Below are positions 1-9,825 of a stretch of 64,000 nucleotides of DNA, piece by piece; positions within the stretch are counted from its first letter, which is position 1, and each line of letters begins with the position of its first letter. The stretch is from an uncultured Halobacteriales archaeon. Its GTDB lineage: Archaea > Thermoplasmatota > E2 > JACPAO01 > JAHWKR01. A program made the position numbers and the translations under genes. The stretch lies in contig CAYVRY010000001.1 in NCBI GenBank assembly GCA_964452895.1, positions 525-64,524 on the forward strand, written 5' to 3'. The notes below the pieces were generated by a model. It worked only from the letters and a program-made list of their open reading frames with translations, was not told the origin of the DNA and made no database searches.

Positions 1-177
1 CCAACGGGCGCAGATTGCTACGCGGACGACCACAAGTCCGCGCTCGTGGACGTGTACGCATACGAGAGCGATCCCACCGGATTGTGGGAGACGCACACGA
101 ACGGCAACACAGGGCCGGCCGGTTACTATGGCCCCGGGATCTCGACGGGTCCGGACGGAGAACCCGACGCCCGCTAG
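1..177 (+). CDS. 3' end of a hypothetical protein (partial, runs off the window start)
   Basis: Open frame PTGADCYADDHKSALVDVYAYESDP...EPDAR ending at TAG 175-177, GC-rich third positions, followed by a pyrimidine tract. Confidence 0.6.
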   Translation, partial: PTGADCYADDHKSALVDVYAYESDPTGLWETHTNGNTGPAGYYGPGISTGPDGEPDAR

Positions 178-192
178 TCTCTCCAAGGCGAG

Positions 193-232
193 CCTTTCCC
201 TTCCCCGTCCTCCCTTTTTCACCCTTCCTTTT
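193..232 (+). terminator. Archaeal-type polypyrimidine/oligo-T terminator
   Basis: cctttcccttccccgtcctccctttttcacccttcctttt directly after the stop codon. Confidence 0.5.
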
Positions 233-391
233 ACCAAACGGTCGTGCACCACGGGGAAAACGCAACAAAAACCGATGGGCGCCACGGGCCGCGACCTGAT
301 GGTCGGCCAGATGCCAAGGGGCGCTCAGGCCGTCAACGCGCATGACGGCCATCCACGCCCTTCAAATACTCCGGGGTTTTCGAGCGCCTCC

Positions 392-1879
392 ATGAGCCTC
401 GTCGTCCATGACTCCTTGAAGCGGCAGAAGCTCCCTTTCGAGCCCTTGGAGCCCGGGCGGATCCGTTTGTACGTGTGCGGTTTGACGGTGTATGACGATG
501 CGCACATCGGGCATGCGCGTACGTACGTGGCGTTCGACGTGATCCGGCGCTACCTGGAGTACCGGGGCTATGATGTGAGCTACGTCCAGAACGTCACGGA
601 CGTGGACGACAAGATCATCAACGCCGCGGCGAAGGCGGACCGGGATTTCCTGGAGCACGGGGAGCGCTTTCATCGTCGCGCGCAGGAGGACTTGACGCGC
701 CTGGGCGTGAGGCCCCCGGACCGTTTTACGAAGGTCACGGACCACATGCAGGACATCATCGAGATCATCGGGAAGGTCATCGAGAACGACCACGCGTATG
801 TCACGGAGTCGGGCTCGGTCTATTTCCATGTCCCGTCCAAGGAGGATTACGGCAAGCTCTCCAACCAGAGTGTCGATGATGTGATCTCGGGCCAGCGCGT
901 GGAGCCGGGCCAGGAGAAGCGGCATCCGACGGATTTTGCCTTGTGGAAGGCGGCGAAACCGGACGAGCCGTCCTGGGACAGCCCGTGGGGCAAAGGGCGG
1001 CCCGGGTGGCACATCGAGTGCAGTGCGATGAGCGAGCGTGCGTTGGGCCAGCCGTTCGACATCCATGGCGGCGGCCGGGACCTGATCTTCCCGCACCATG
1101 AGAACGAGGTGGCGCAATCCGAGGCGGCCTACAAGTTGGAGTTCTCGCGGTACTGGATGCACACGGGGTTCCTGCAGGTGGAGGGGGAGAAGATGTCCAA
1201 GAGTCTGGGCAATTTCGTCACGATCCGGGACATCCTGAAGGAGCACGACCCGGATGCGCTGCGGTATTTCTTCGTGTTGACGCATTACCGAAGTCCCATC
1301 GATTTCAGCGAGAAGGGGATCAAGGAGGCGGCTTCGGCGTACCAGCGGCTGGTGCGCACCGAGGAGATGCTCACACGGTACACGGGCGGCCGGGAATACC
1401 GGGCGGACGCGGCGGCCGGCGAAGCGGTCGCGGCGAGCGATGCGGAGAAGGGCCTGTTGAAGGCGACCCGTTCGTTCGTGCGTCGTTTCGCCCAGGCGAT
1501 GGACGACGATTTCAACACGCCGGAGGCGGTGGCGGCGTTGCACGCGTTCGCGGGGGAGGTCCGTCGCGCCCTGGAGGACGCACCCGATGTGAAGCGCACG
1601 CCGTATGAGGGTCCGAACCGGGTGCTGCTTGCCTGGGCCCACGACGAGTTCCTGCGCGCGGCGCGCGTCTTGTCGCTCTTCCAGGAATCCGGGGACGAGT
1701 CCTCCGGGCAGGACCCGCTCACCGAACAATCCATCGACCTGCTGCTCGAGTTGCGGGAACGGGCGCGCTCGAACAAGGATTATGAGACGTCGGACCTGGT
1801 GCGCGACCGTCTTCGCGGCATGGGCGTCGAGGTCCAGGACAAGAAGACGGGGCCCGAGTGGCGGAGGGCCACCGCATGA
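392..1879 (+). CDS. cysS: Cysteine--tRNA ligase
   Basis: YVCGLTVYD, HIGH, QNVTDVDDKII, GRPGWHIECSAM, DIHGGG.DL.FPHHENE, KMSKS motifs; start set at ATG 392 (MSLVVHDSL). Confidence 0.97.
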   Translation: MSLVVHDSLKRQKLPFEPLEPGRIRLYVCGLTVYDDAHIGHARTYVAFDVIRRYLEYRGYDVSYVQNVTDVDDKIINAAAKADRDFLEHGERFHRRAQEDLTRLGVRPPDRFTKVTDHMQDIIEIIGKVIENDHAYVTESGSVYFHVPSKEDYGKLSNQSVDDVISGQRVEPGQEKRHPTDFALWKAAKPDEPSWDSPWGKGRPGWHIECSAMSERALGQPFDIHGGGRDLIFPHHENEVAQSEAAYKLEFSRYWMHTGFLQVEGEKMSKSLGNFVTIRDILKEHDPDALRYFFVLTHYRSPIDFSEKGIKEAASAYQRLVRTEEMLTRYTGGREYRADAAAGEAVAASDAEKGLLKATRSFVRRFAQAMDDDFNTPEAVAALHAFAGEVRRALEDAPDVKRTPYEGPNRVLLAWAHDEFLRAARVLSLFQESGDESSGQDPLTEQSIDLLLELRERARSNKDYETSDLVRDRLRGMGVEVQDKKTGPEWRRATA

Positions 1880-1910
1880 TTTACCAAGCGAAGCATCAAT
1901 ACCTTCTCTC

Positions 1911-2039
1911 GTGACGACGCACGCCCGGAAGAAGGATCCATTGCGGTTCGTGGACGAGATTCCCAAAAGCAAAATCCCTGCCCGCCGACGCCTGCAGGAA
2001 CTGGAACGGGACCGGGATGCGTCATGGGAAGACGCGTGA
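1911..2039 (+). pseudogene. Remnant of the C-terminus of an AMP-binding acyl-CoA ligase
   Basis: Translates as ...LRFVDEIPKSKIPARRRLQELER, resembling the FVDEIPKSxSGKILRR motif of adenylate-forming enzymes; no upstream body of the gene. Confidence 0.4.
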
Positions 2040-2193
2040 TTGGCGCCTTGGATGAGCACAAAGACTCCGCCCGGGTCCGCCTTCTGGACAACCCCCGCCA
2101 ACTGGTCCCGGGTCCTGCTTGTCGGGTGGTTTTGTACTGTTCGACCCGGATTGACCCTGCCCATCTTATCTACCCCTTTACTACTGGCGATTT

Positions 2194-3213
2194 ATGGAAG
2201 ATTCCCGGCGCCGGTGGTCCGTCTTGCTCGCTTTCGCGACCGCCTTGATCCTCATGTTGACCAGCTTGCCCTCTGTGACCGCGTTGCCGGGGTTGCATCC
2301 GCCGGGCACGACCCTCCATTCGGGGGAGTTCGGCGTGGAGGACGAGATCGCCTTCGCGACCACGCAAGGGGGGCTCCTTGTGGCTCCGGGTTCGCTCGTG
2401 AGCGTTGAAGCGGATTATCGCTTCGAGGAATCGGGTTTGGATGCCGGATACACCCATTCGTTCCGCGCGATCATGAGGATCCAGGGACAGCATGGAACGA
2501 TCGACACGCAATCTGTCTTTGAGGCGGTGGAGGGCCCGGGGATGATCGACGAGTCGGGGACGCTCACGGTGGAGTTCGTCGCGCCGGAGGTGCTTCGTGA
2601 GCTTTCGGTCACGCTGGAGGCGCAACGGTACCAGACGAAGCCGGGGGAGGGTTCAAGTCTCCTGAGCGAGGCGACGTCCACGGCGCCGCTTTCCTTCATC
2701 GCGGTGCCGGAACCGGTCCAGTTCGCTACACAGGGGCTCGTGGTGGACGACCGGCTTGAAGCCGGTGCCATCGACTTCACGGGCACGAACCAGATCGTGG
2801 CCGCAAGCGACGGTCATACCTTCTTGTCCACGGACCTGGGCAGTCGTTTCGTCGTGCCCACGCAGATCGAACGACCGGAGCTGAGCGATGTCACGCTCTT
2901 TTCGTTCCACGTGGTCGTCAACCTGGTCGTCAGCGTGGAGGGTGGCCCGAACTACGGAATCCAGCGCTCCGTCTTTCAGGACAGCTGCAACGACTGGGCG
3001 GACCATGGTTGCTCCATGGGGTCCGAAATCCGCGCTTTCGACATGGAGCTTCTGCTTCCCTCCAGCGCGTTGGAGCTCCATCGCGTGGTGGATGTCACCA
3101 TGCACGTCACGTTCGAATTGTACTGGCAGGACAATTCCCAGTCTCCGCCTCAGCAGGACGGGAAGTTCATCATCGAAGGCGATTCGGGGCACCATCTCGT
3201 GTTGGGCCTGTAG
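2194..3213 (+). CDS. Hypothetical secreted acidic protein
   Basis: N-terminal RRR plus hydrophobic signal peptide, acidic beta-rich body, coding-like codon pattern. Confidence 0.75.
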   Translation: MEDSRRRWSVLLAFATALILMLTSLPSVTALPGLHPPGTTLHSGEFGVEDEIAFATTQGGLLVAPGSLVSVEADYRFEESGLDAGYTHSFRAIMRIQGQHGTIDTQSVFEAVEGPGMIDESGTLTVEFVAPEVLRELSVTLEAQRYQTKPGEGSSLLSEATSTAPLSFIAVPEPVQFATQGLVVDDRLEAGAIDFTGTNQIVAASDGHTFLSTDLGSRFVVPTQIERPELSDVTLFSFHVVVNLVVSVEGGPNYGIQRSVFQDSCNDWADHGCSMGSEIRAFDMELLLPSSALELHRVVDVTMHVTFELYWQDNSQSPPQQDGKFIIEGDSGHHLVLGL

Positions 3214-3270
3214 GTCAGCCTGCCTTGTTCCGATGGATTGAAAACAAGGCCCCACGTCCCCGGCCCGACC

Positions 3271-4776
3271 ATGGGCGCCCATCCTGTCCCGTACGACTTC
3301 TCGCCGTTTGTGGACGCCGTGCAGGCTGCACGGGAGCATGATCCGCTGCTTGCCGCGTGGTTGGACCGTCACGCCTTGGGTCGCGATCATCGGGCCTGGC
3401 TTGACGAGGTGGCCCACCGGGTCCATGGGGTCTTGCGGGAGACCGCGGATTTCGTGGAACGCCGGGAGAACCTGCCGCGGCTTCTGGGCAAGGGTCCGTA
3501 CGACAACGACCCCCAGCAGGTGGTCTTGCCCGCGGAGACCTGGGAGGCGTTGGCTTGGGTGCATTCCTCGGGCCTGTGGGACGAGGGCCTGCCGGAGCCG
3601 GTGCGTTTTGCAGCGGTGTATCTGTTGAACCAGAACGCGGAGATGGGGATTACGTGCAGTGTGGCGTGCACCCACGGCCTCGTGCGTGTATTGCGTCGGT
3701 ACCCGGAGGATGGGCGCTCTCAAGCGGTGTTGCAGGCGTTCGCCGATGCATCGTCGGGGGATTGGATCCACGGGGCGCAGTTTGTAACAGAGGTCCAGGG
3801 CGGCAGTGATGCGGGAAAGAACGCGGTGACGGCGCACAAACAGGGGGATGCGTGGTCGCTCCAGGGGCAGAAGTGGTTCTGCTCGAACCTGACGGCGGAT
3901 TATTGGCTGGTCACTGCCCGACCGGAAGGCGCACCGGAGGGCAGCAAGGGGGTCGCCTTGTTCTGTGTACCGCGCGACCAGCCCGGTTACACGGTGGAGC
4001 GGCTCAAGGACAAGCTGGGCACGCGGGCGCTTCCCACGGCGGAGATCGTGTTCCATGGGGCCAAGGGGTGGGCCGTGGGTCCGTTGGAGAAAGGGCTGGC
4101 GACGATGGTCTCCCAGGTGCTTGTGACCAGCCGGGTCCACAACGTGGTCGCGGCCGCGGCGTTCGCGCGCAGTGCTGTGCGCGAGGCGCGCGCCTATGCG
4201 GGGTTCCGTTCGGCCTTCGATGCCAAATTGGAGACGTTGCCGCTGGTCGCGGCTTCGTTGGAGCGCTTGGAGAAGGAGGCGGACCGCATGCAGGCAGGGG
4301 CGTTCGCCACGGTGGACGCCTGGGCCACGGCAAACCGGCCGGACGCCGACGAACAGGCGGTCTGGTGGTCACGGATCCTGGTGAGTCTCGCCAAGGCGAT
4401 GACCGCGCGGCGCGCGCCGGGTCTTGTGTATGAGGCGATGATGGTCCTGGGCGGCAACGGGATCGAGGAACGGTTCACCCTGTTGCCGCGCTTGTGGCGC
4501 GACAGCGCGATCCTGGAGACCTGGGAAGGTCCGTATACGCTTCTTCTGATGAACGCCCTGCAGGACCTGGTGCAAGCCGATGTGACCGGGAACGAAAAGG
4601 GGTTCTTGACAACATGGATCGGTGAAGGGGAACTCACCGGGGAAGCGGTGCGGGGTCTGCAGCAGGTCCTGGCGGACCCCCGGGACCCGCGCAGCATCCG
4701 GCTGTGGCCCACGGTGGCGCACAAGGTGTACGCGGTGTGGGAGGAGAACGCGCTGGAGCGGTTGAACAGGGCGTAG
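3271..4776 (+). CDS. Acyl-CoA dehydrogenase, AidB-like
   Basis: GAQFVTEVQGGSD, GQKWFCSN, RLKDKLGTRALPTAEI, LGGNGIEE, ETWEGP; alternative start TTG 3238. Confidence 0.9.
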   Translation: MGAHPVPYDFSPFVDAVQAAREHDPLLAAWLDRHALGRDHRAWLDEVAHRVHGVLRETADFVERRENLPRLLGKGPYDNDPQQVVLPAETWEALAWVHSSGLWDEGLPEPVRFAAVYLLNQNAEMGITCSVACTHGLVRVLRRYPEDGRSQAVLQAFADASSGDWIHGAQFVTEVQGGSDAGKNAVTAHKQGDAWSLQGQKWFCSNLTADYWLVTARPEGAPEGSKGVALFCVPRDQPGYTVERLKDKLGTRALPTAEIVFHGAKGWAVGPLEKGLATMVSQVLVTSRVHNVVAAAAFARSAVREARAYAGFRSAFDAKLETLPLVAASLERLEKEADRMQAGAFATVDAWATANRPDADEQAVWWSRILVSLAKAMTARRAPGLVYEAMMVLGGNGIEERFTLLPRLWRDSAILETWEGPYTLLLMNALQDLVQADVTGNEKGFLTTWIGEGELTGEAVRGLQQVLADPRDPRSIRLWPTVAHKVYAVWEENALERLNRA

Positions 4777-4819
4777 AGCTCCGCGGCCCCGACACACGTC
4801 CTGAAGGATAATCATACCG

Positions 4820-4827
4820 TTTAAATA
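4820..4827 (+). promoter_or_regulatory. TATA box (probable leaderless transcript)
   Basis: TTTAAATA ending 24 nt before ATG 4851. Confidence 0.6.
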
Positions 4828-4850
4828 GCAATGGGCGCTGCACTCGTCCA

Positions 4851-5492
4851 ATGCGTGTGGTTCTGTTTCTCTTGCCTTTTTTGCTGCTTTCTCCGGCGGC
4901 CCACGCCCAGGGGGTCGTGCAAGCGGAAATGGATACACGCCTCGAACCCGAGGCGGTGACGGTGTCTGTTGAGGAAAACCAGACCGTTCTGCTTCATATC
5001 AACGGTCGGATACAGTGCGTTCCGGGCCTACCGGGTCCCCGTGATATCCAAGGGTTCTTGTCGCGCCACGGCTGGAGTTTTCCGGGTTACTGGCGGGTTG
5101 AGCCGACCCGGCTGGAGATCCCGTGGGAAGAACGCGATGCTGGAGAATGGGTCATCGATGAGCCCGTGCCGTTGGCGATCATTGCGGACACCCCGGCGCC
5201 AGAGCAATACGCTGGCGAGGAACTGACGCAAGTAAACCTCAATTCGGCTGGTCAATTCCTCTTGCCGACCGGTCAGGGCGAATGCTCCCCTGCGGGGTAC
5301 GGCTGGGACCACCAGTCCCACGAGTTGACCGTCAATGTGCCCATCGGCGTGGAGGACGAGGCTGGCACGAACGGGACAGTAGGGGCCGGGGATCCGGGTG
5401 GCGGATGGACCTCCGCAGTGATCGCCTTGTTGGCGATCTACGGTGCGCTCATGACGCTTGTCGCGATCGCGCGCGTGCGCAAGCGCCGCTGA
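4851..5492 (+). CDS. Hypothetical surface protein with signal peptide and C-terminal TM anchor
   Basis: Signal peptide (..SPAAHA), C-terminal hydrophobic helix followed by RVRKRR; TATA box upstream. Confidence 0.75.
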   Translation: MRVVLFLLPFLLLSPAAHAQGVVQAEMDTRLEPEAVTVSVEENQTVLLHINGRIQCVPGLPGPRDIQGFLSRHGWSFPGYWRVEPTRLEIPWEERDAGEWVIDEPVPLAIIADTPAPEQYAGEELTQVNLNSAGQFLLPTGQGECSPAGYGWDHQSHELTVNVPIGVEDEAGTNGTVGAGDPGGGWTSAVIALLAIYGALMTLVAIARVRKRR

Positions 5493-5526
5493 GCCAGAGC
5501 CAAGGGCCCCGCTTTACATGACTGGT

Positions 5527-7377
5527 TTATTGTTGCCTGCGCCTTTTGCGTTTCCATCCCGCCCGGCGCTGCTTGGCGTCCGCTTCGGCTTCCTTGTCTT
5601 CGCTGATCTTGTATTGGTCGGGGTTCTTCTCCCAAAGCGGCACTTCGAGGGTCTGCAGGCGTCCGTCGCGGAAGACGCTCACTTGGGCGCTTTTTTTTCG
5701 GGCGGCGGTGTTCACGTGCCGGGCGAGGTTTTGCCGGTCGACTTTCCAGCCGTCCACGGCGAGGATCTCGTCGTCCGGGTCGAGCGGGGAGGGCCGCAGC
5801 GCGGCGTCCTTGCGGTAGCCGCCGTCCGGGGTGTCCCATTGGTCGGGCACGGCGAGGATCTTCAGGTTCTTCTCGTCCAGGATCACGCCCAGCCCGTTCT
5901 TCTGGTCCGGGTCGCTGTGTTTGCGTTCCAGTTTCAGTCCCAATGATCGAAGGGCCTTGTCCACGTCCACGTTGCCGGGATGGTTGACCCAGCGTGAGAG
6001 CTGCCGGGTCACGTCCACACCGGTGGCTTCGAGCACGTGTCTGGCCACGCTGTCTTCCTCGATCCCGATCCCCTGGCGGCCGTGTTCCCGGTAGAGGTGG
6101 CGCATCACCTGGTCCAGGTTCGCGCCGTTTTCGCGCAGATGGGCGTCCAACAGCAGGCAGACCAGGGTTCCTTTTGCGTAGTAGGAGACGTTCGTGTTCG
6201 GGTTGGATTCGTGGCGTTTGTAGAGTTTCGTCCAGCTGAGGCGGCTGGCATCGGCGACACTCAGCCGGTGGCGCCCGGGCGTGGATTCCACGTGCTTGAT
6301 GATCTCGGCGAGTACCTCGTAGACGCGTTTCTTCTTGATACCGGCGCGCAGGAGGAGCGGGAATTCATAGTACGTGGTGCCGCCTTCGAAGAGCCACAAT
6401 AACCCGGTGGGGACCTCTTGTTGGTAGTCGTAGGGTTGGAACACCGCGGGTTTGTTGCGGCGTACGTTCCAGACGTGGACGTATTCGTGGGCCACAAGCG
6501 GCAGCAGGCGGGTGTGGTAGGCCTTCTCGTCGATGAGTGCCAGCGGGTCCGCGCCCAGGACGGTGCTGTTGTCGTGTTCGAGGCCGCCGCCGTGGTCCCG
6601 CGCGATATGCAGGATGAAGGTGTAGTCCTTGTAGGGTGGGCCGTCGAAGACCGCGCAGGCCTCTTCGATGATCCGCGTCACGTCGTTTTTCAGGGTGTCC
6701 CAGTCCGTGCCGTCGGGAGGGTTCCAGGTGACGAACCGATGGGGTTTCCCCGCGGCCATGAAGCGCTCTTCGTGGTGGTCGACCCCCGCTTCGATGGGGC
6801 GGTCCACGAGCTGGTCGTAGTCCGCGGCGCGGTACCGGCCGGTACCGTGTTGCCGGGTGGGCCAGGGTCCGCTGCGTCTTGGTTCTTCCAGGCCGGTCCA
6901 GATCTCCCAGCCTTTGGGCAGGTCCAACTTGAGGTGCCAGGGGCGGTCCCGGGTGTCGGCGTCATACAGGAACACGGTGACGCCGTGCAGGTAGAGGTGG
7001 GTGCGGGTCACGTGGCTCGTGTTCACACTCAGGTCGCGGCAGTAGACCGTGTACCGCACGGTGAGCGGGCCGCGCCCGGGATCGTGGAACCGCCAGCGGT
7101 CGTTCTCGCTGCGCGTGGTCGGTAGCGCGCGGTCGTCCCGGGTGGTGATCTCGAGGTCGTGGACGAAGCGGGCGTAGTCGCGCAGGGTGTAGGAGCCGGG
7201 GATCCAACGCGGCATCATGAGTTCGCGTGTGCCGGCCTCGGGCAGTCCCGGGATGCGCAGTTCCACTTCGATCCGGTGGGATTCGGGTCGCTTGCAGGTG
7301 ACGCGGGCCGTCACAGGGGCCCGGTGTGGGGTCGCAGGGGGGGACACGGCGCGGCGAATCCGGCGGTTCCCATTCAT
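5527..7377 (-). CDS. M61 family glycyl aminopeptidase with C-terminal PDZ domain
   Basis: MPRWIPGSY, GGLEH, HEYVH zinc motif, WLFEGGTTYY, SYYAKG, PDZ-like DEILAVDG; start uncertain (7314-7446). Confidence 0.9.
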   Translation of the reverse strand: MNGNRRIRRAVSPPATPHRAPVTARVTCKRPESHRIEVELRIPGLPEAGTRELMMPRWIPGSYTLRDYARFVHDLEITTRDDRALPTTRSENDRWRFHDPGRGPLTVRYTVYCRDLSVNTSHVTRTHLYLHGVTVFLYDADTRDRPWHLKLDLPKGWEIWTGLEEPRRSGPWPTRQHGTGRYRAADYDQLVDRPIEAGVDHHEERFMAAGKPHRFVTWNPPDGTDWDTLKNDVTRIIEEACAVFDGPPYKDYTFILHIARDHGGGLEHDNSTVLGADPLALIDEKAYHTRLLPLVAHEYVHVWNVRRNKPAVFQPYDYQQEVPTGLLWLFEGGTTYYEFPLLLRAGIKKKRVYEVLAEIIKHVESTPGRHRLSVADASRLSWTKLYKRHESNPNTNVSYYAKGTLVCLLLDAHLRENGANLDQVMRHLYREHGRQGIGIEEDSVARHVLEATGVDVTRQLSRWVNHPGNVDVDKALRSLGLKLERKHSDPDQKNGLGVILDEKNLKILAVPDQWDTPDGGYRKDAALRPSPLDPDDEILAVDGWKVDRQNLARHVNTAARKKSAQVSVFRDGRLQTLEVPLWEKNPDQYKISEDKEAEADAKQRRAGWKRKRRRQQ

Positions 7378-7452
7378 TGTGTCGGTGGGGCCAGCGTGTG
7401 AGGAGGCCCGACGGACCGGGTCCATGTCCGTTGGGGGTGGGTTCAATACGGG

Positions 7453-8172
7453 GTGCCCGTTGGCGGTTTTGTGGCCCGTTCGTCGTCTTCACCTTCGGGG
7501 CAGACGCCCGTCGTCCAGGAGCGGGCGCACCGGTTGGCCGGAGGGGCAGGCGGCCATTCCGTGCGCGGGAAGGCGCGCGATGAAGTGCTGGATTGGTTGG
7601 CCCGTTTCCTGTTCCGCCTCGGTGTGCGTCCGAACCATCTCACCCTGGCCCAGACCCCGGTCTATGTGGTCATGATCTACACCGGGTTCACGGGCCGGAT
7701 TTGGATCTTCGGCTTCCTTCAGCTCCTGGTGATCTTTCTCGACGGGTTGGACGGTACGGTGGCGCGCCGCATGGGGATCCAGAGCCGGGGCGGGGCCTAC
7801 CTGGACGCGGCGTTCGACCTGTTCGGGATCGTCCTGGTGATGGCGGTGGCGATCCATGCGTTCCCCGCCTATGCGTCGCCTTTGGGTCTGTTGTTGGTCA
7901 CGAACCTGCTGCTTTATTACCAGAATTACCGGCTTGACGAGAAGGCGGTGTCCTATGTCCGGGGGCCGGTGGTATTGGGTCTTTTGGCGGAGCGTCATTG
8001 GCCGGGCGTGATGTGGATCGCGATCTGGGTGCCGCTTGCGGTCACCGTGTTGATCGTCGTGGTGCGCATGGTGCGCCAGCCGCGCCCGGTCCCGCCGCAC
8101 GAGGTGAAGGGTCCGCCGCCTTACCGTCCCGGCTTCAAGGCCACCGGGATCAAAAAGGACCGCGGTCCGTGA
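7453..8172 (+). CDS. CDP-alcohol phosphatidyltransferase family protein
   Basis: PNHLT and DGLDGTVARR..GAYLDAAFD signature; several TM helices. Confidence 0.88.
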   Translation: MPVGGFVARSSSSPSGQTPVVQERAHRLAGGAGGHSVRGKARDEVLDWLARFLFRLGVRPNHLTLAQTPVYVVMIYTGFTGRIWIFGFLQLLVIFLDGLDGTVARRMGIQSRGGAYLDAAFDLFGIVLVMAVAIHAFPAYASPLGLLLVTNLLLYYQNYRLDEKAVSYVRGPVVLGLLAERHWPGVMWIAIWVPLAVTVLIVVVRMVRQPRPVPPHEVKGPPPYRPGFKATGIKKDRGP

Positions 8173-8174
8173 GC

Positions 8175-8969
8175 TCAGGCTTGTGCGCCTTCCTCGTTCT
8201 CGTTGGGATCCGCCGCGGCGGTCGCGGTGGGCGGCGGGAGTTCCACGATGCTGCGGGCGTGATCGGGGACGTCCGTGAGGATCGCGTCCACCAGGAAGCG
8301 ACGGGCGACCTTGATCCGGGCGGTGCGGTTCAGCGTCCACACCCAGAACGCGGCGCCCGCATTATGGACCGCGTCGCGCACGCTGCGGTAATGCCCGGGG
8401 TCCCGAAGGGCCAGGACGTCCGCTTCGTATTGGGCGAGCAGGCTCGCCGCGGTGGCGGCACGCAGATGACGTTCTCCCTCCAGCAGGCCGGTGGTCCAGC
8501 CGTCGCGGGCGTAGTTTCGTACGGTGCGCGTGTCGAAGGAGGTGACGATGGTGGGCCCGCGCCAGCCGGCGCGGTCGATGATCTCGCCGAGTCGGTGGGG
8601 CGGAAGGGTCCCGAGGGGTTCCTTGTGGATCTTCAGTTCGATGTCCAAAAGGGCCCGGGGCCATTTCTTGGCCATCAGCACGAGAACGGATTCCAGGGTG
8701 GGGACCGGCAGCAGGTTCGCGCTCTGGTCCGCGATCACGACGCGTTCGCCGCGGGTGCGGCGCAGGTCGGGGTCGTGGGACAGGACGGCGATGCCGTCGG
8801 CGGACCGGCGCACGTCGATCTCCACGCCGTCGGCGCCCATTTCCAGGGCGGAATCGATGGCGGCCCAGGTGTTCTCTTTGAAATGACGGGAGGCGCCGCG
8901 GTGCGCCATGATCCGTGGCCGGTCGTCCTGCCTGAGCACGTGTTCGGGTGCCGTTCGCTTCTTTTGCAT
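8175..8969 (-). CDS. Glycerophosphodiester phosphodiesterase
   Basis: AHRGAS..ENT, DGVEIDVRRSADG..HD, DIELK, WVWTLN, ILTDVP. Confidence 0.9.
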   Translation of the reverse strand: MQKKRTAPEHVLRQDDRPRIMAHRGASRHFKENTWAAIDSALEMGADGVEIDVRRSADGIAVLSHDPDLRRTRGERVVIADQSANLLPVPTLESVLVLMAKKWPRALLDIELKIHKEPLGTLPPHRLGEIIDRAGWRGPTIVTSFDTRTVRNYARDGWTTGLLEGERHLRAATAASLLAQYEADVLALRDPGHYRSVRDAVHNAGAAFWVWTLNRTARIKVARRFLVDAILTDVPDHARSIVELPPPTATAAADPNENEEGAQA

Positions 8970-9056
8970 CGCCGGGCTCCAGAAAGCGCTGATGGGTGAT
9001 GAGGCTTCCCCGCGTGACCGACACGGTGAAACCGGGTGTGGCCTTCGCAGGCGGCG

Positions 9057-9722
9057 ATGGCGACGGATTCATCCGGTTTGTGGCGGGCCCATGTGGACGG
9101 CGGCTGCAACCCGAACCCGGAAGGGGTGATGGGGCTCGGGGTGCATCTCACCGACCCGGCGGGGACGGTGCGCGCTCAGCTTTCCGAGCAGCCGCCGGGC
9201 CGCGGCACGAGCAACACGGCGGAGTTCCATGGTGTGCTGCGGGCGCTGCAGGAGGCGAAGCGCCAGGGTGCCCGACGCCTGGAGGTGATCGCGGATTCCC
9301 GTTTGACGGTGGGCATGCTCACGGGGCGCATGCGGGCCCACAAGGCGCACCTGGCGGCGCTGTTGAAGCAGGTGCAAAAGGAGCAGGAAGGTTTTGACGA
9401 GGTTCTCTTTCGTTGGGTGCCGCGAGAAGAGAACAAGGACGCCGACCGGTTGGCGTCGCTGGCGATCGAAAAGGTGACGGGGCGCAAGCGGGGTGGTGGT
9501 CGAGCGGGGGTACCCGCGCCGGGCGCGGCACAGGGCAAGGCGGAGGCCAAGGCGGTAGCGGTGGACACGCGCTGTTCGGTGTGCGAAAAGGAATGCTCGT
9601 TCACATGGCAGACGTTCAAGGACGGGCGCAGGCACATCCGACAGGAGTGCCCCGTGCATGGATTCTTGCGGTATGCGCCGAAGGAGGAGCCCTATGTGGA
9701 GTTGGCCGATTCGCGGTCGTGA
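9057..9722 (+). CDS. rnhA: Ribonuclease HI with C-terminal Cys/His (Zn-ribbon-like) extension
   Basis: VDGG..NP, TSNTAEF, ADSRL, WVPREENKDADRLA; tail CSVC...CPVH. Confidence 0.88.
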   Translation: MATDSSGLWRAHVDGGCNPNPEGVMGLGVHLTDPAGTVRAQLSEQPPGRGTSNTAEFHGVLRALQEAKRQGARRLEVIADSRLTVGMLTGRMRAHKAHLAALLKQVQKEQEGFDEVLFRWVPREENKDADRLASLAIEKVTGRKRGGGRAGVPAPGAAQGKAEAKAVAVDTRCSVCEKECSFTWQTFKDGRRHIRQECPVHGFLRYAPKEEPYVELADSRS

Positions 9723-9754
9723 AACCTCAAACCCCGGTCAGTCAGGAGCTTATA

Positions 9755-9771
9755 GGTTGCTTTTTGCAACC
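9755..9771. promoter_or_regulatory. Palindromic putative operator upstream of the OPT transporter
   Basis: GGTTGC-TTTTT-GCAACC, about 30 nt upstream of a TTTAAA box near 9798. Confidence 0.4.
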
Positions 9772-9825
9772 GTAAAAAGGTCGCTTGTCGGGTCCCTTTA
9801 AACGTTCTCGGAGTGGGGGACCTCC

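Noticed and set aside
328..350. Hairpin GGCCGTCA/TGACGGCC upstream of cysS as a T-box or attenuator
   Set aside because: No T-box consensus or specifier loop; T-boxes are bacterial; single short stem only
128..391. Long N-terminal extensions in the ORF track for cysS, purA, the ABC ATPase, TetR and the hydrolase
   Set aside because: They cross promoters, terminators or neighbouring genes; conserved motifs begin at the downstream starts used here
362..2164. Long antisense and alternate-frame ORFs (e.g. 362-2164, 17285-18970, 32976-35321, 43102-44994, 51413-52780)
   Set aside because: They shadow well-supported genes, lack recognisable motifs and are expected from stop-codon scarcity in GC-rich DNA
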